DNA of 63,636 nucleotides, the filler included, from Octopus bimaculoides (lineage: Eukaryota): assembly GCF_001194135.2 (NCBI RefSeq). It is 5 parts of 5 records of this genome, joined end to end, with 100 filler letters (N's around TTAATTAATTAA, not from the genome) between each part and the next. Parts side by side here need not be neighbours in the genome. Positions count along the whole stretch, not along the records: positions 60,482 to 62,484 come from NC_068991.1; positions 62,585 to 63,636 come from NC_069000.1; 3 more parts are not named here. One strand, 5' to 3'. Below, one piece after another: positions 62,103-63,636 of this stretch. Every line of letters begins with the position of its first letter. Position 1 is the first letter of the stretch. The translations under genes were made by a program, and so were the position numbers. A model generated the notes under the pieces. That model saw only the letters and a program-made list of their open reading frames with translations, made no database searches and was not told the DNA's origin.

Positions 62103-62484
62103 GTGGCTGTGTGGAAAGTAGCTTGCTTACCAACCACATGGTTCCATGTTCATTCCCACTGCGTGGCACCTTGGGCAAATGTCTTCTACTATAGCCACGG
62201 GCCGACCAAAGCCTTGTGAGTGGATTTGGTAGACGGAAACTGAAAGAAGCCTGTCGTATATATGTATATATGTATATATGTATGTGTGTGTATATGTTTG
62301 TGTGTCTGTGTTTGTCCCCCCCCCCAACGTCGCTTGACAACGGATGCTGGTGTGTTTACGTCCCTGTAACTTAGCGGTTCGGCAAAAGAGACCGATAGAA
62401 TAAGTACTAGGCTTACAACGAATAAGTGCTGGGGTCGATTTGCTCGACTAAAAGGCGGTGCTCCAGCATGGCCGCAGTCAAATG
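62103..62484 (+). mobile_element. SINE family B, most complete copy (3' end cut by gap)
   Basis: tRNA-like head (TGGCTGTGTGG ... GTTCATTCCC), GGCACCTTGGGCAA (CORE-like), internal (TA/TG)n, 3' half. Confidence 0.9.
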
Positions 62485-62584
62485 NNNNNNNNNNNNNNNN
62501 NNNNNNNNNNNNNNNNNNNNNNNNNNNNTTAATTAATTAANNNNNNNNNNNNNNNNNNNNNNNNNNNNNNNNNNNNNNNNNNNN

Positions 62585-62815
62585 ACCGGGTGTGTAAACA
62601 ACAAACAGATGTATTAGTTTAACGCTCGGGAAGTGAGAAAGTCTTTTACGTTTGGAGACTGCGCTCTTCGACAGAAAGGAACACAGAAATATACAGGGAG
62701 AGAAAATAGAAAAAGGTTCAGTCGCTAGCGATCTATCGTGACAGAGGGGTCACACAGGAGAGCTGGGAAGAAGGGGAGATAATAAAGTTGTGGTGATCCC
62801 AAAACCAAGGGGTGC
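62585..62815 (-). mobile_element. Short Penelope-like terminal repeat with hammerhead-like motif; copy 2
   Basis: Homologous to 5319-5420. Confidence 0.6.
62642..62679 (-). ncRNA. Minimal hammerhead-like motif (A6U variant), decayed
   Basis: CCUUU CUGUCGA A GAG CGCAGU CUC CAAA C GUA AAAGA. G12C change; GUA triplet. Confidence 0.5.
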
Positions 62816-62870
62816 GTGCGTGTGTATGTGAGAGCGTGTAAGTGCGTGTGGAAGGGGGCTGGTGCATATG

Positions 62871-62933
<63 letters not shown>

Positions 62934-63138
62934 ATACATATATATATGTATGTATGTAGGTATATACATATATATATATATATATATATGTATATGTATT
63001 CATACAGACATACTGTATCTACGTATGTATACATTAATATATATACATATATATATATATATACATAAGTGTATATGTGTGTGTATATGTACGTCTGTAC
63101 ACATATACATACATTACATATATGCATATATATGTATA

Positions 63139-63347
63139 TGAGGTGGTGTTGAAAAGTTCCTGGCTTTGAGTAAAACAAAATGCAGGAGGATCAATTAATT
63201 ATAATTTTATTTAACATATTCCCCTCTCGGATTCACATACTTATTGCAGTTGTCCTTCCGTATTTCTGTAAAAGAACTCGGACGTTTGGGACCCAAACTA
63301 GACCTTTCACGACACCCTCAAAGCTAGGAACTTTTCAGCTCCACATA

Positions 63348-63348
<1 letters not shown>
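63139..63348 (-). mobile_element. Mariner-derived MITE, ~210 bp, TA target-site duplication
   Basis: TIRs TGAGGTGGTGTTGAAAAGTTCCTGGCTTTGAG and CTCAAAGCTAGGAACTTTTCAGCTCCACATAG, flanked by TA. Internal remnant of a mariner C-terminus on the minus strand. Confidence 0.85.
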
Positions 63349-63410
<62 letters not shown>

Positions 63411-63600
63411 TCTGTGATATGCACTAAGTATTCTTCAGTGTTTGGGCAGAGAAGCACAATCTTGAAAATATAGTACACACACACACGTCACAGATGTGCA
63501 TACACACAAATACAAACATTTATCTCTGTCTGTCTGCATGTGTACATATCATGTTTTTTCTCTCTCTCTCTTTCACTGTATCTCTCTCTCTCTTTCACTG

Positions 63601-63636
<36 letters not shown>

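Overview
AT-rich, microsatellite-dense, gapped eukaryotic genomic DNA. The repeat families look like coleoid cephalopod (Octopus-like) DNA; this is inference. The only host gene I can support is an intronless achaete-scute-family bHLH gene (ASCL/ASH-like, 499 aa, minus strand, 401-1900). The remaining ~61 kb is its upstream gene desert. It holds at least four tRNA-derived SINE families and decayed LINEs (Jockey/CR1-like RT, RTE, an RLE-type LINE, Penelope RT+GIY-YIG). It also holds DNA transposon relics (mariner, rosa/DD41D-like, maT DD37D, Tigger/pogo, hAT, a mariner MITE, a Helitron-like element). The most notable signal, found by manual folding, is a set of hammerhead-ribozyme-like motifs in several unrelated repeats. 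One lies in sense orientation inside a tRNA-headed SINE (26411-26456). An A6U-variant minimal hammerhead is shared by two copies of a short repeat (5368-5404, 62642-62679). A head-to-head inverted pair (54813-54896, 54987-55070) gives an intact consensus, and there is a decayed copy at 47206-47253. Most ORF-track entries are microsatellite or N-gap artefacts. TE boundaries are approximate, and no alignment or folding software was run.
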